Positions 25,201 through 39,694 of a stretch of 64,000 bases of DNA are shown one piece after another. The notes beneath the pieces are model-generated. The model worked only from the letters and a program-made list of their open reading frames with translations, searched no databases and was not told the origin of the DNA. Position 1 is the first letter of the stretch, and the number at the start of each line of letters is the position of its first letter. Made by a program: the position numbers and the translations under genes. The stretch lies in contig CM097887.1 of the NCBI GenBank assembly GCA_044892525.1, positions 118,832,397 through 118,896,396 of the forward strand. Direction: 5' to 3'. Origin of the DNA: Schmidtea polychroa (taxonomy: Eukaryota).

Positions 25201-28200
25201 ATAATTTCCGATCAAATTGACCTACTCTACTATCTTGCTATAATGTGTCTTCAGGATTTTGGTAATCGTTCTTGGTCTTCTTATTTATCTTTATGTTCCC
25301 TTAATCAATCAACATGTGTGTCGAAAAATCAATTTTTAAATGATATTCTATCTCTATTTGATCAGCATAAAAACAGTAGCATTATTCACCAAGATATTGA
25401 TTTTTCAACAATATTGCAATTTATTGAAAAATCTATTTTTACTTGTCCTACACAGTGGAGATGTGAATTGACAAAACTGTTAACAGTTCGGAGCTCAAAA
25501 CCCGTGTATAATCTTTGTCATCCCGATCTTATCAGTTTACCATCGATCTCATTTTATTGTCTTCCTCGAATATTTGCCACTGTCGAATTTACAATAGAAG
25601 AAACTGGGATTTTAGCAGAAGTAATCAATAGAGTTCTTCACGGTCCACATTGTGAAAGTCGAAAAATTTCTTTGGTTAATTGCCTTCTGAAAAAAATGGA
25701 GTATATTGAAGATGGAAATTGTCGAACTAACTGGGAAAATATCGATTTTTTCAAGGCCGCTGAAGTGGTTTACTGTGCCAAAATGTATACCGCAACGCTG
25801 CTGTTATTGGATAAATTATGGTTGAAAGAAAGTTACAATGAGATGAATAGTGAGATTATCAGATTGTATTACAAAACTTTCAAATCTCTTGGAAGTCAAG
25901 AGGATTTAACTGCAGATCGATTCTTAATCAATTCTTATCTATCCAACGATGATAGTGATTTATTGTGGTTGCTAAAGAATGGAAAATTTAAAGTTTTACA
26001 TCGCTTATTGATAGTGGAGAAAAATACCGATAGTTTTTCGTTTAAAGGTGAGGAGAAAATTGATATTTTATGGAAATTATCTAGATGGGGAGATGAGGAG
26101 AAATTAGAAATCAATAATCTAAAAACGGAAAACGTTTGCACATTGACCATGTATGATTTCTTATACAGTCGATCGTCACATGTGTCGGAATTCTATCGAA
26201 ATAACGTGGTAGATATCTGTAAAAATTCCTGGGATCAAGAAGCGTGTTTTGAACCATTAATTGAGCGTGCTATTCTATTCGGAAATGAAAAATCTTTGCC
26301 AACTATCCTGGAATCACTGATTCGTATTGCTAATAAATCTAATATCGATCAATTAGACTCAAGCATTGTCTGGGCATTGATCCGGGCTAATAGATTTGCG
26401 AAAAATCTAGAAATAGTCAATGAACAGTTACTGGGAATATCAGATTTGGCAAAGCGGTGCAAGAGACATGAATATATTGATTTTATTCGAGACATGTTAA
26501 ATTTACATGAAGTTGATAAAAGTCTTTTGAAGTGCAGTGGAGAATCTTCTTTAATTCGAACTATTGATATCTTCAGTCAGCGAAATGAAATGGAGGAGAT
26601 GAAGAAATCATTTTTACAACTTGAGCAGTTTATATACGATTCACAAGTAATATTATTGTTTCTGGTAATTCTAAAATATTGCTTCATACCGTCTTGGGCT
26701 AGTACATTTGATGTAGCATTTGTTTCTTCCCGAGTAACAAATCCAATCACGGGATTTCGGGATGCTGATTTATAGATATTGTTTTTCATTGAATAAATGT
26801 ATTTTTGGTTTTTAAAAAAAACCTTAATGCATTTAGTATTTCTCATTTAGATCCGATCTCAGTTTATTTCAAAAGTTTCCGGCTGGCGAAAAACTCTTTT
26901 GGACTCCATTGAAGTTGGAGGAATCGTTGATAACTTATCATAAATATTTTCGAGATAAAATCCTATTTTACCACTGTAAATTAAAATTGCATTTTTTATT
27001 AGGCTATGAAATCTTGAAAAATTCTGGTTTTCTAATTATTAATTGTTAATAGCTAGCTGCAGGTGTCCTTCAATGCTGTGATTGTGATTGAATTGTGATT
27101 GAATGTAATAATCTCGATGAAGTGCAATTTACATAAGATTTAACACATTTTTGTACTCTGTAACTTTAAGTCGAATAATGTTCATTTTGCACGGAACTCC
27201 ATCATTAAATTGACGAAAATTACCTTCATAAAGTTGCATGCATTTAATAAGATCCTCTTCAGTACCACAAGCGAAAGACAAGAGTGCGTTGGGTAAATTA
27301 TGATTTGAAGTATGACCAAAGAATATTGCACCATTAGTTCACTTTAATGTTAGACTCATCTAAGGATAAAAGAATATCTTTCATGCTTTATCATTTTATT
27401 AATTCCTTCGACAGCTTTTTCGAAATAAGTGACTTAAATTTCCACAGAGCCATAATATTTGAATATAACCTATGATTTAAATCATACCCATTTAAAGTTT
27501 TCATGATCAAATTAAATTCAAAAGAATAACAAGTCAGGAACTCATAAAAATAATCCAATTTAATTACAAAAAACAAGTGAAGCAAAAGAAGCGCGCATAG
27601 AATTGACCAGTTTCTATTTGAATAAAGTTTTAAATATAACTTTTGAGAAAGATATTGTTTTTACCAATTTAATACTTTATGACCTGTATATCGCTATTCT
27701 CAGTAACCTTATCCTTTTAATAAGCCTTTCTCATATTTAGCATTATATTTGACCCCGTTGAGCTTAATAGTCTAACATGGGACACCCATGAATTGATAAT
27801 CTCTGCCATCAATTTCGCTCTATGGATAAAGGATCATGAGTTATATATACAACGTAATAATGACGTTAGAGGTTGAGGTAATTTTTTTAAGTCACTCAGG
27901 TCAAGGAATCGAACTAATATACTTTTTTAATCACAACCTCTGACTAATTTAAAAGATCCCGATCCCGTTCTTAGTAAAACTATATATAGGCAGATTTCCA
28001 TTCACTATAATAGAATGTAATAATCTCGATGAAGTGGAATTTATCTAACCTAAATCATTTAACTTGATCAGAAATTTTAAATGTTGCTTTTTGCGTGCTA
28101 CACACATGTTATCTTGTAAAATTTGCACTTTACCTAATCAAAATTAAATGATTAAAGCTCAATTTAATTGAAAAATCGATTTACAAGGTTTGATGTGCTG

Positions 28201-30047
28201 TTACTCCTTTCCACTTAGATTACAGAAGCTGAAATTTATTTATATATAATTTATAGTTTATAGCCTGAATATATTGATTTATGGTGTTTTATAAATTTGC
28301 ACGTCAATCTGCTAATTTTTATTCAAATTAACTATAGTATTTTACGAAATTTTAATAATTTTTCGAAGAATATATTTACACTACTTCAAATTTAGAACCA
28401 TTTATTTCTGTGAGGTGTTTTCAGCTGAGAGTTAAATATTTCAAAAAATTATTAAGATAACTAATTGACTATTTGATAAATAATTGACTATTTAAAATAA
28501 CTTTGAAAATAATTTATAAATTAAACAAGCTTTTTAACCGGATCATTTGTAAATAAATATATTTTAAATATCGAAATTTTAATAAATGGTTTTTTGGAAT
28601 ATTTTATTCAACGCTGAAAATGTGTTTGGAAATTATACAATATTTAATTAAATAAATACTTGGAATTACGTCGTTAACTTTTGAACCGGATTTAAAAAAT
28701 AATTTAGAAGATGTGTTAGCAGCTTCTAATAATTTCAATTTCTCAAATAAACTCTTATATACGTTATTTATTTTATTATATTCATGGTGAATTTAAAATA
28801 ATTTTACTTCAAAAATTCTATATTACTGCATCAGTTAAACAATTTATATAATGAGTAGTTGCTAACTATTGTAAAATTATTTATAATTAACCGAATGACA
28901 GAAAGGACAAATCATATAAAACATTGTCAGTGGCTAAATGTCATTTAGCGCAGCTTCAATGAGTCTTATTGCGAATATAAGTTACGGGGCAGTTAAGTTC
29001 AGAAGAATTCATTTTTTATATATTAAAAAGTATGAATTTTGCGCCATTTTAAAAAAGTACTTAGACTGGACTTAGCTAAAATTTTCAATATTCGTTACAA
29101 CCAAGACTTTTAAAAATTTATTTAATAATAAAATTTTAGAAATCAGATACTGGATATGATATAATAAATTTTTTAATATACAGTTTATGAAATATCAATA
29201 AGTTCGCAATCAAAATTGTGAGACTTCTAGAAGCGCGTTTTTCGAATTGCATCAAGACGTTAAATATGTTATAACCGAACATCCATACAGTTATATATTA
29301 TTCAATGCTGAAAACGATTTTCATTGGGGTTTCCAGACATCTGTTACTACTTTTAATAAAATATTAGAAAATAAATGATATTTTAAAGTTATATATGATG
29401 TTTAATTGANNNNNNNNNNNNNNNNNNNNNNNNNNNNNNNNNNNNNNNNNNNNNNNNNNNNNNNNNNNNNNNNNNNNNNNNNNNNNNNNNNNNNNNNNNN
29501 NNNNNNNNNNNNNNNNNNNNNNNNNNNNNNNNNNNNNNNNNNNNNNNNNNNNNNNCATATAAAATAATATTTGCTGCTAATGATATAAATACATTATTGA
29601 AATGTGACAACATCGAAATCTCACCAGAGTAATACTTGCTATTAAAAGATTTCCTGCCTACATCTATACCAGTTGAAAGAAGCTTTTCATTGCTCAAAAA
29701 TCTTAATTGATTAAATAAATTAACTGCATAACTTAGAATTTTTTAACACTTATTTATTTTTTATTTTAAAAATTAACATTAAAATCAATCATTCATAAAT
29801 ACAACATTTTTCGGGAAAATTGAAAAATTCTCGATTTATAAATGCAAAATTCTCGATTTATAAATGCAAAATTTTCAATTTTAAATGCAAATTATTCCTT
29901 GCCCTATATATTATTCTTTGTTGAATATTAAATGCCACAATTTTAGTTGAATATTAAATTTCCTATTTTTTCATCATTTTCTTATTTCTTGTTTGTTGCC
30001 ATACATCAAACACCTCAACAAAATATTCAGTTCATTTTAAAATGCTA

Positions 30048-30117
<70 letters not shown>

Positions 30118-32638
30118 CCTATATGATTAAATTGTGTTATAGAAGCATATTGTGACCTGTCAACAAATTAAGAGGAAGCATGATTTATTTTTCAAACTTT
30201 ATTTTAAAGCAGTGTCTAAGATTTGTGCCTGGAATCAAGAGTATCCAGTGCACAGTGTGTCACATATTAGAACAAATATTTTAGAGCCAGTAATATTGTT
30301 TTAAGATGAAACTTAAATTGATGAATTAATTAGGCCATGGAGATATTTGGAAAAAGTCAGCGAGAATCTGATATATTAAGTACAATGTCAACCTTTTCAT
30401 ATCAGCAATACACTCATATTAATCAATACATGCACTCATCAGAATATGAGAATAGAGTGAAAATTTTATCAGAATCTAAAAGAGATGTTAGCTATCTTGT
30501 TGATCTGCGAGGCAAATGGTTTTTATATTTTTCATGCCGATCTATTTAAAAATTCCCAATAGTCCATTTCGAAAAATCCTAGAAAAGCAGTCAGAGGTGG
30601 ATTGTGATGAATTAAACAATTTAATTCAAGATCGAGAGAGCTTTCTTCTTTCTGCAGTCATTAGTTGTTCGGAATGCCTGCAAAAAGAAGATGAAAATGA
30701 TTTTAAAGTTACTTAAATGGATTTAACGATTTCTTAACATCAGTCTAGATATTCCATTTGATGTCAATGTGGTTAAGTAATGAATCCAATGAGAAATTGA
30801 ATAAAATCATGTCTAATGTTATCGGTAAAATCGCAACGCATAAATTTCTCGTTCTTATCCCTCAATTGTGTGCTCGTCTTAATTCCGAAAACAATAAATC
30901 TTTTGAAATGAATTTGGAAAAAGTAACTGTTATTGATTATAATTAAGTTAAATCAACTCGTAATTTATTCATAGTTTTTCGTTTTATTTATAAATATCTT
31001 ATTTACTCCACTTCACATAATTTTTTTATGACCAGAATAGCACTATATAGCCTTCAACTATTCGAATTTTAAACATATGACAATTATTTGATGGATTTTT
31101 ATTCTGATATCCTATCTTTAAATTTTTCGAAATTGGCAAAGATAATTCTATCAAATGTCAATGATTTTTAACTTTATTTAACCCATTAAGTTATTGTACT
31201 TATCTATTATCTATGAGACCCCAAATATCAGATTAATTAATTACCATTAATTTTCACTTTTTATCCAAATTATTGACTTTCATCTTGTAAAATGCGATTG
31301 TAACAATTGGCTTGATTGTGTAAATGTAATTAGATCAATATTATTTGTAATAATTTTGGAAATATTATATATGATAAGATTTTGATCTATTATCTGAAAA
31401 GACATGAAAAGAACGAAAAGTTTTACTGATGTCATAGATGTCATATTAATTTCCATTTTACTAAAACCAGTATCCAGTATCCACAATTTGAGTGCATTGT
31501 TCTATATATAAAACGAAGTCTCTTTTAAAATGACGTGGACTTTATTGCTCTATCTAGTGTTAAAAATTATGAGTATAAATGCAGTTCAGTTACGAGAAAA
31601 ACGCATTTAAACTTTTGTATGCTTTATATTTTCGATATTTCTTGTTATTATTCTTCTGTTTTTGTCTAATAAATAATTTCTTTCATGATTTCGTTTGATT
31701 ACTGTATATAATCTTTCATATCTTATCTTTATTTCTAACTACTTATTTCACCAAAGTTTTCTACTTCAAGGCTCCTAGTTGTGTCAATGTATTTTATGGC
31801 TTCTTATTATGGCTTCTTATTTCCCCATAATTTTTTTTCTATTTACTTCATTATTTCTATGCTATTGTGTCCATATATGTTGACGTAGCTTTCTGCCGGG
31901 ATCACGTTTGCCATGAGTTATTGGTATATGACTCTAACTCAGTATGACTCAATCTAGCATTAAGTATGGTTAATGTTTTAAACGAAAACTCTCAAAAAAA
32001 TCATCCAAAATATCATTATCAATTACATTTTTTTGTACAAATCGTATTTTTAATGTGTTGAAACCATATTTGGAAAAAATCCGTTTGCATCACATTTTGG
32101 TCATTATCTCGCTGTCACGTGTTGCAACATTTGCTTGGTTCAGCTCAGATGAGTAACATATATATTCTTTTCAATACTTCTCATTTACTTATTACGTCAA
32201 AAACATTTTTTATTTTCTTTCTACTTTGAATCCTTTTTCCATTTCCTATAAATCTTCTATTATTTTCCATATATTCATCATTCATTTTATTATCAGTTAA
32301 TCAAAAGAATCATTCTTGATCATCCGCTTCATTCGATTTATAATTTACTTGCTATTCGAAATGCTAACAGAGATTCAGAATTTGAAAAATCAAAAAGTAT
32401 GAAATCTGTGAAAGAGGCATGTGACAAGGTCTATATTAAACTTTTATTATGAGAAAAGGAATGATTGATTAATATGCACAGATGAATAGTAGGATATCCG
32501 TTGCATCGACAATGGTCGAACAATTGATGAAAGAATCTCAGTCTGACATTATAAGAGATGCGGATCTTTTAACAACAGCTTACATTCATTGGGCTAATAC
32601 AGACTTGTCAGCATTTAAACAAGATACTCATAGTACGC

Positions 32639-32717
<79 letters not shown>

Positions 32718-35700
32718 AATGATGATTGCTTGGTAGCAGCATTTATTATTTAAAACAATAAAATGATAATTTAAGCCTTTTGCTGCAAATAATGTATTTA
32801 ATGAAAGAATTTGCGACTATAAGATAGTCCTTGACAAGGAAATAATTTAGCCCTGGAAATAATTTAGCCATGGAAATAATTTAGTTCTGGAAATAATTTA
32901 GCCATGGAAATAATTTAGTCCTCGGAATAATTTAGCCATGGAAATAATTTAGTCCTCGGAATAATTTAGCCACGGAAATAATTTAACCATGGAAATAATT
33001 TAGCCACGGAAATAATTTAGCCATGGAAATAATTTAGCCATGGAAATAATTTAGCCATGGAAATAATTTAGCCATAGAAATAATTTAGTCCTGGAAATAA
33101 TTTAGCCATGGAAATAATTTAGCCATAGAAATAATTTAGTCCTGGAAATAATTTAACCATGGAAATAATTTAGCCACGGAAATAATTTAACGCTGGAAAT
33201 AATTTAGCCATGGAAATAATTTAGCTCTGGAAATTATTTAGTGCTGGAAATTATTTAGTGCTGGAAATAATTTAGCCATAGAAATGATTTAGCCCTGGAA
33301 ATTATTTAGTGCTGGAAATAATTTAGCCATGGAAATAATTTAACCATGGAAATAATTTAACCATGGAAATAATTTAGCCACGGAAATAATTTAACGCTGG
33401 AAATAATGAATAATCTGAAACAAATTATTTCCGTAACCCTAACTTTATATTTGGTAATTTATATAGTCTACTTTTGATTTTAGCTTCAAGTTGTAATGAA
33501 TGTCTTTAGAATTATTTATATTTTAGAAAAGTTAAAAATTCCATTGAACTGTTCTTTGTTAAGAATAGCTAAGCAAGTTAAGCTTCCTGCTCCTACTTTG
33601 TCGATACCCATTGATAGATCCCTTAAATATTCACTTGATAGGCTTCCACTAATTGTTGGATTTGATGATGTATATTCCTTGCAAGGAGGAATTAATCTAC
33701 CTAAAATTATTTGGTGTCAATCATCAGATGGTTTAAAGCGTCGACAATTAGTGAAAAGTAATGACGATTTGAGACAGGATTCCGTAATGCAGCAGGTGTT
33801 TTCTGTCGTTAATTCTCTTCTTGGTAATAGAGGCTCTAATACATATAAAGCAAATTCGATAAAGAGTTCTGATTGGTCGGCTTTCATTTATAATAGAATG
33901 ATAAATATTCGTACATATAAAGTCATACCAATGACTCAGACTAGCGGTGTAATTGAGTGGTGTGAAAATACAATTCCTTTGGGAGATTGGTTGGCTAATG
34001 ATAAAATTGGTGCTCATCAAAGATATAGGCCTCAAGATTCCACCCCATTGCAATGTCGCAAACGTCTCCAAATGTCAGCCGACGAAAACGTCAAAAAAAA
34101 ATTTGAAACCTTCAAAGATGTTTTAACAAAAATCCAGTAAGATTCAGTTTGAAAATTTATCATTTTATATTGATTTGTTAAATTGATATTATTGTGCTCT
34201 CATAAAACGGCTAGAAAATAATAATAACTAAACTTTATCGAATTAAATGTCTAATTCAAACCATAGGAAATAGTAGATTGTAAAATTATAATCGATACCC
34301 GCCACTGACAAAAACGGGTAATTTAAAGCACTGGCCAATGAAATAAAACTAGAAATCTATATTAAGACGATTTTATTTGACTATAATATACAACCTGCTT
34401 AAAACATCAACGCAAATAACCTGAAATGATAGTTTTGCACGGAATTTTATCGCCCTGTTCCAGTTAAATATCTAGTGTTATTTATTCACAGTAAAGGAGA
34501 AGGTAAAGTACTAAAGTCTCCATAAATCTTCATTTCCCAAGCGTGCTACCAAAATAGAATTCAATGCTGTAAATATAAACCAACAAGACTAAATATAGCT
34601 CGCTTTTTATGGTTCTCCTCGTCACTTTCAAGAATTCGTTGAGATTGTGTACTACTTGCGAAGATTGGTCTGGAAGGGTTACTGGTGGTCAATTACTATA
34701 ATCGTTCGTCGTTACAACGCTAACTTCTAGTGATGCTTTAGGTTGTGAATAACAGCCGCATCCATAGGCTGTATGCGATGTGGTGTTTGGAGGTAAAAAG
34801 AACACTGTTATGTTCATCAGCCCCATCGATTGTCGGATAAAGAGGACAGTTATCGAAAATCAATGCAATTTCGCGCTTCATTATAGCATGTGTCGATCTA
34901 GTTGTTGAATATAGCGAGAAAAATCTCTGAACTCATATTTTATACGGAAGCAGTTTGACATTTTTGACCTCCCAATTACGAGTAATAGTCATTTTATAGT
35001 AATGCACTTGCTCTACATAAAACCTTGATCCTCTACTGAGATTGCTTAATTCCACTACATGCTGTCGGGTCGCTAGCCAGAATAGTCCCATTTCATCAAC
35101 GTTGAAAATATTACCATTGAGAAATTGACACAATATGGCTGGAAGGAGAATATTTCACTAATCTGTAACAAGGGAATGGCATGTTTTGAAGTAAATTATC
35201 CCAATAATGTCGATCTTTTTGACATTGACTTCTGTTAAGATTTCACGAACTCTTGTGCCTTCTACTAGAGTACAGTTTCAGATATCCAAGATCTGTCAAT
35301 ATCCACAGTTCTAAATCATTCCAGAAAACTGTGTCAAACTCAAGGACAATTGATTTGTTGTGCATGACTGAGGTCTTCAATTTGCCTTGCTCGAATTGTC
35401 TCATAATTTCCACCTGTTGCTTATTCAGCCTTAAAACTGCCGATTCATTCACGCCAAATTTGTTTAGTACTTCCTTCGTATTTCTACTGTAGTTGAATGT
35501 ATTTTTATAAATGTTTTTAGCCATGTTGTCATCAAATCAATGTTATGCTAGGGTTTTACGGTTAATCGTCTGAATATACTCAATCGCACACACACACACA
35601 CACGATGTTACAATTGGGTGACTATAATGCAGCCTAGTCAATGGTTTTAATGTTGCCCTGTTGATGCTACCTAATAAGCAAAGTGGGTTCAGAGGTCGGA

Positions 35701-38700
35701 ACTTCAGGGATTTTTCCCGAGGCCCCACGCTTCCTTATATGGAATTATGATAAAAACGCCTGTTTCAATAGCTTCCGCCGAACTCAGTTTTTCCAAATTA
35801 AAGTTAATTAAAAACTATCGAAGATCAACCATTCAATAATATAGGTTAGAGGGGGTGGCTATGTTGTCAATAGAGCAGGAGATAACAAAACTGATAAATT
35901 TTAATGATATTATCGAGGAATTAGTAGTATAAAAAGTTTGTTCGAAGTAAGAATAAAAAATATTATGTTTATGTATGTATATTATTGATTATATTGAAAA
36001 AATAAATATTTCATTAAATAAATTGATAAAATTATGTTCATGCATCGTTTCTTCCTTATTGAAAGGGGCCCCGCATATAATATTTTCCTGAGGCCTTGCA
36101 AAACCCACACTTGGCCCTGCTAATAATCTGCTAATAATCTGATCTGGTAGATGAGATATTTCATAACACAGAATGATATATCTGACTCCAAAGATATAAA
36201 TATATGTGCGTGTAAATATAAATAACTATATGAATTAACTAAGATAAGACTTTTATATTTTTCAAAGATATATTTAATATGCACAAAATCTACAAATTGT
36301 TAGTTGTGTTTCCCAAAAAAACCGGTGAATACAAAAGTAAAGAAATCGGTTATTCGAACTGTCCTCAGAAAAAGAACAAACGCTGAATCTAATGCTTCTA
36401 GTCCTGTATTAAGAAATGGATCAAAGCGGGTGTTTCCCAAAGTTTGCGCGATCGAATAGATCAAGGGTGATCTAACGTTCCTAAATTACACAGCTGGTGT
36501 TAATACAATTTACCTCAGCTAATTCTTAGGAATTGGTTTATAACAGCTGCTACTACCAATGCTTATTAATCGTTAATGGTTTTAAGCTCACTGTATTTCT
36601 CTACCTCAAAGTACCTAATGTACTTCTAATTTATAGTGAATTATTATTTTTTAAATTTGTTAACTATTACTATAAGTGTATTATCTAAATATAGTAATTT
36701 AAATAAACTATTATTATATTTATGCTATTTTCAGTAATTTTTATTTATTTTATTTATTATTTTATCCTAATTAGCCCTTATGGCTATCGTTTTATCGGAT
36801 CCAACCCCAACAATAAGAAGATAGGGATTGTGATCATAATCATAACATACATTGAGGGTAAAAACAGTAGGAACTGATGCCTGTAGATTTTGCATCCTCA
36901 CATGCGTACTTAATATTGATAATAATATTCATTGTAATAAACGAATCAATGTCATATTGGTGATTGGGAAGTTCTTGTGATTATGAGGCATGCTGTTAGG
37001 CAAAATCATTTGTATTAAATGGTCATTTTACTGATGCTTCTCAAAAAGTTGATTTTTACTATTAGACAAATTGCTAATACATGAATTTGACTGTAATTAT
37101 AGAAGTTTATTGTAAACATAAAACTATACTGACCAAAATATTATTTCATACTGATTATTTATTTAGTAAAATATCGGCCGTTTGTAACAAAAAATGACAC
37201 TGAAAAATTAACCTAATAAATTAAATTAAATATTTAATTTTTGGTTATTTATGGTACATTTAATTATTCGAATGTTTAAAATTTACAAGTGATTCTTTTC
37301 TTTCTATATTTCCCTATTTAAAAATGCGCATGTAAATAATGTTTACTTCATTTGAGAAATTGGTACTTTTCAACTAAACTCATTCAGGCCGGTGTTGGGT
37401 TATTTTCACTTTGAAAAATTTCCTGAATCTCAACGATGGTTCAAAGCTAGGAAGTCATATGCTAATTCTCTAGCAATCAATTCGATTGTGGGATTTATTC
37501 TTGGTTTAGGAGATCGGCATGTTCAAAATATCCTTCTAGACGTTAATACCGCAGAATTGATTCATATTGATTTTGGGATCGCGTTCGATTTAGGTAAACT
37601 GTTACCGACTTCAGAACGTGTTCCTTTTCGTCTTACTAGAGATCTTGTACATGGACTCGGCCCGTTCGGTGTCGAGGGGAGATTTAAGATCACATGTTGT
37701 GATGTTTTGAATTTGTTGCGAAGTCAGAAGGATATTATTCTCACACTGATTGAGGTATTTTTCCTGTTTAAATTTTATATGAATACCATGTTTCTCCGAN
37801 NNNNNNNNNNNNNNNNNNNNNNNNNNNNNNNNNNNNNNNNNNNNNNNNNNNNNNNNNNNNNNNNNNNNNNNNNNNNNNNNNNNNNNNNNNNNNNNNNNNN
37901 NNNNNNNNNNNNNNNNNNNNNNNNNNNNNNNNTAGGGCTTAATTTCGGGAAGTTTTCTATTTTTTGGAATATAAACTTTTAAACATTATACAAATATTCA
38001 AAATAAAAATTTAATCAATTAAAATGTTTATTAAAAAGTTATTCAATTTTATCAAATAGTTATTAATATTAATATAACTATGTTTTTAATTTTTAACAAT
38101 ATATAACGATCTGAAATTTTATTTAATATATATCAAAAAACAAAATTGGCTTAATTTCGGTGTTAGGGCTACAATATAATTTTTTTTTAAATTGTGTTAG
38201 GGTTTAATTTCGGAGAAATACGGTTTATATCAGATTGTAATAGTATATAGGATTGAATGGTTCCCAGAGATATATTATATGACCATTTATAGCTAGTATG
38301 TTCTAATACCCACATATTTGATTGATTAATATTGAATTTACTCAATTTATTTAATGTTATATATAATATAGATGCGCATGTTGCGTTTATGGTAAAAGAC
38401 GCGTAATATATATTTTTAAATAATTATTGAAATCTTAATACCATTTCCAGCTGACAAGTCACCTTTCTTTCAAAGCGATTTTGTGTTATAAAATCGACTC
38501 ATCAAGCCTATGTGTGTCTTACTAGTCTAAAACACTAAACCATCTATTCTCAAACCATGGGTCGCGACCCGCATGTGGGTCGTGGAAACTTCCCAGGTGG
38601 GTCGCGAGGATGCTATTTGTAAAAAAATGAAACAAAATACGTCACAAACTTTTTAATCTGCTACAAACAAAACGAGAGCATTAGTTTACTAGTGTTAATT

Positions 38701-39659
38701 TGCGATTTGCTCCATATAAATTTATTCTTTTATTTCGAGTAATTAATTGTAATAATTATCTTTAAGAATTTAGGGTTTGTTAGCAAAATTTTGAAAGTAT
38801 TAAAATACGTCTAATGGGAAAATATTTTAGTCGGAGTTGGTAAATATAAAGTTGATTGCAAAAGAAGGAAAAAAGTTTGTATTGGGTCGCCAAGTTTCTG
38901 GTTTCTGGTTAGTGGGTCCCTATTTAAAACAGTTTGAGGACCCCTGCACTTAACTATCTATTGTTTTAATATATTGTATTTCAATGACTTAAAATTATAA
39001 TTTCGAAAATTATTTTATGACATTAGTTGAAAATTTTTGATGAAAAAATCATCTTTATAACCAATAATGAAGGGCTGCAAAATTAAAAAAACGTATGAAA
39101 AAAGTCAAGGTTTTTTTCGAAAAAAATAACTTTTTAATATTATAAGAATTTCTTTCAATTTTCACCTCTAATTTCTTTTCAATTGACATTGTATTTATTA
39201 AAAAATTGACAATGAATCAGTAAAGATATCGATGTTTTTTTATATCTTTACTGATCTTTACTTTTTAATAATTTTAAAGAATCAAGTATAAAAATCGAGC
39301 TTATTTGCAAAAAAGTTAAGAATCAAAAAATACTTTATTATTTTAATAACCAGAGATTTACTAATTAAATCGAATCATTCTCACTTATCTCATAATTTTA
39401 ACATAAACATTTATTTTTACATAATCTAAAACTACCTTTTGATATCTTCAACGCTTCTGCTGTCTTCTTGACCGACGCTAGTTATCTTTCTTTCTGAAAA
39501 CTCTTTTCTGTGTATAAAGTTGTTGATCCATTGATCACTTGCTTTAAAATCAATATTTTTTTTAGGAAACTTTTTTTTATTAGCACTCACAATTACAAGC
39601 ACATATTGTCGAAATTTATTTAATTTTTCAATTTATTGATTTATTCAAAGTTAATGTGC

Positions 39660-39694
<35 letters not shown>

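Noticed and set aside
26647-26775. Hydrophobic C-terminus of the 1558-aa ORF (VILLFLVILKYCF...)
   Set aside because: It is intronic read-through. The phase-0 donor at 26647 joins exon 30143, restoring colinearity with the ATM FAT domain.
32633-32736. Poly-isoleucine transmembrane-like tail of ORF 32482-32736
   Set aside because: This is read-through past the GT donor at 32633 into an intronic (ATT)n microsatellite.
32838-33407. CRISPR-like array of regularly spaced repeats
   Set aside because: The period is 17 bp with only a 4-nt variable slot reused many times. There are no unique spacers and no cas genes, and the context is a eukaryotic intron. It is a minisatellite.
38250-38295. Candidate ATM exon RDILYDHL resembling VLLYDPL
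   Set aside because: It is followed by an immediate stop and has no compatible splice sites. The true exon (VLLHDPLHSW) is at 39971.
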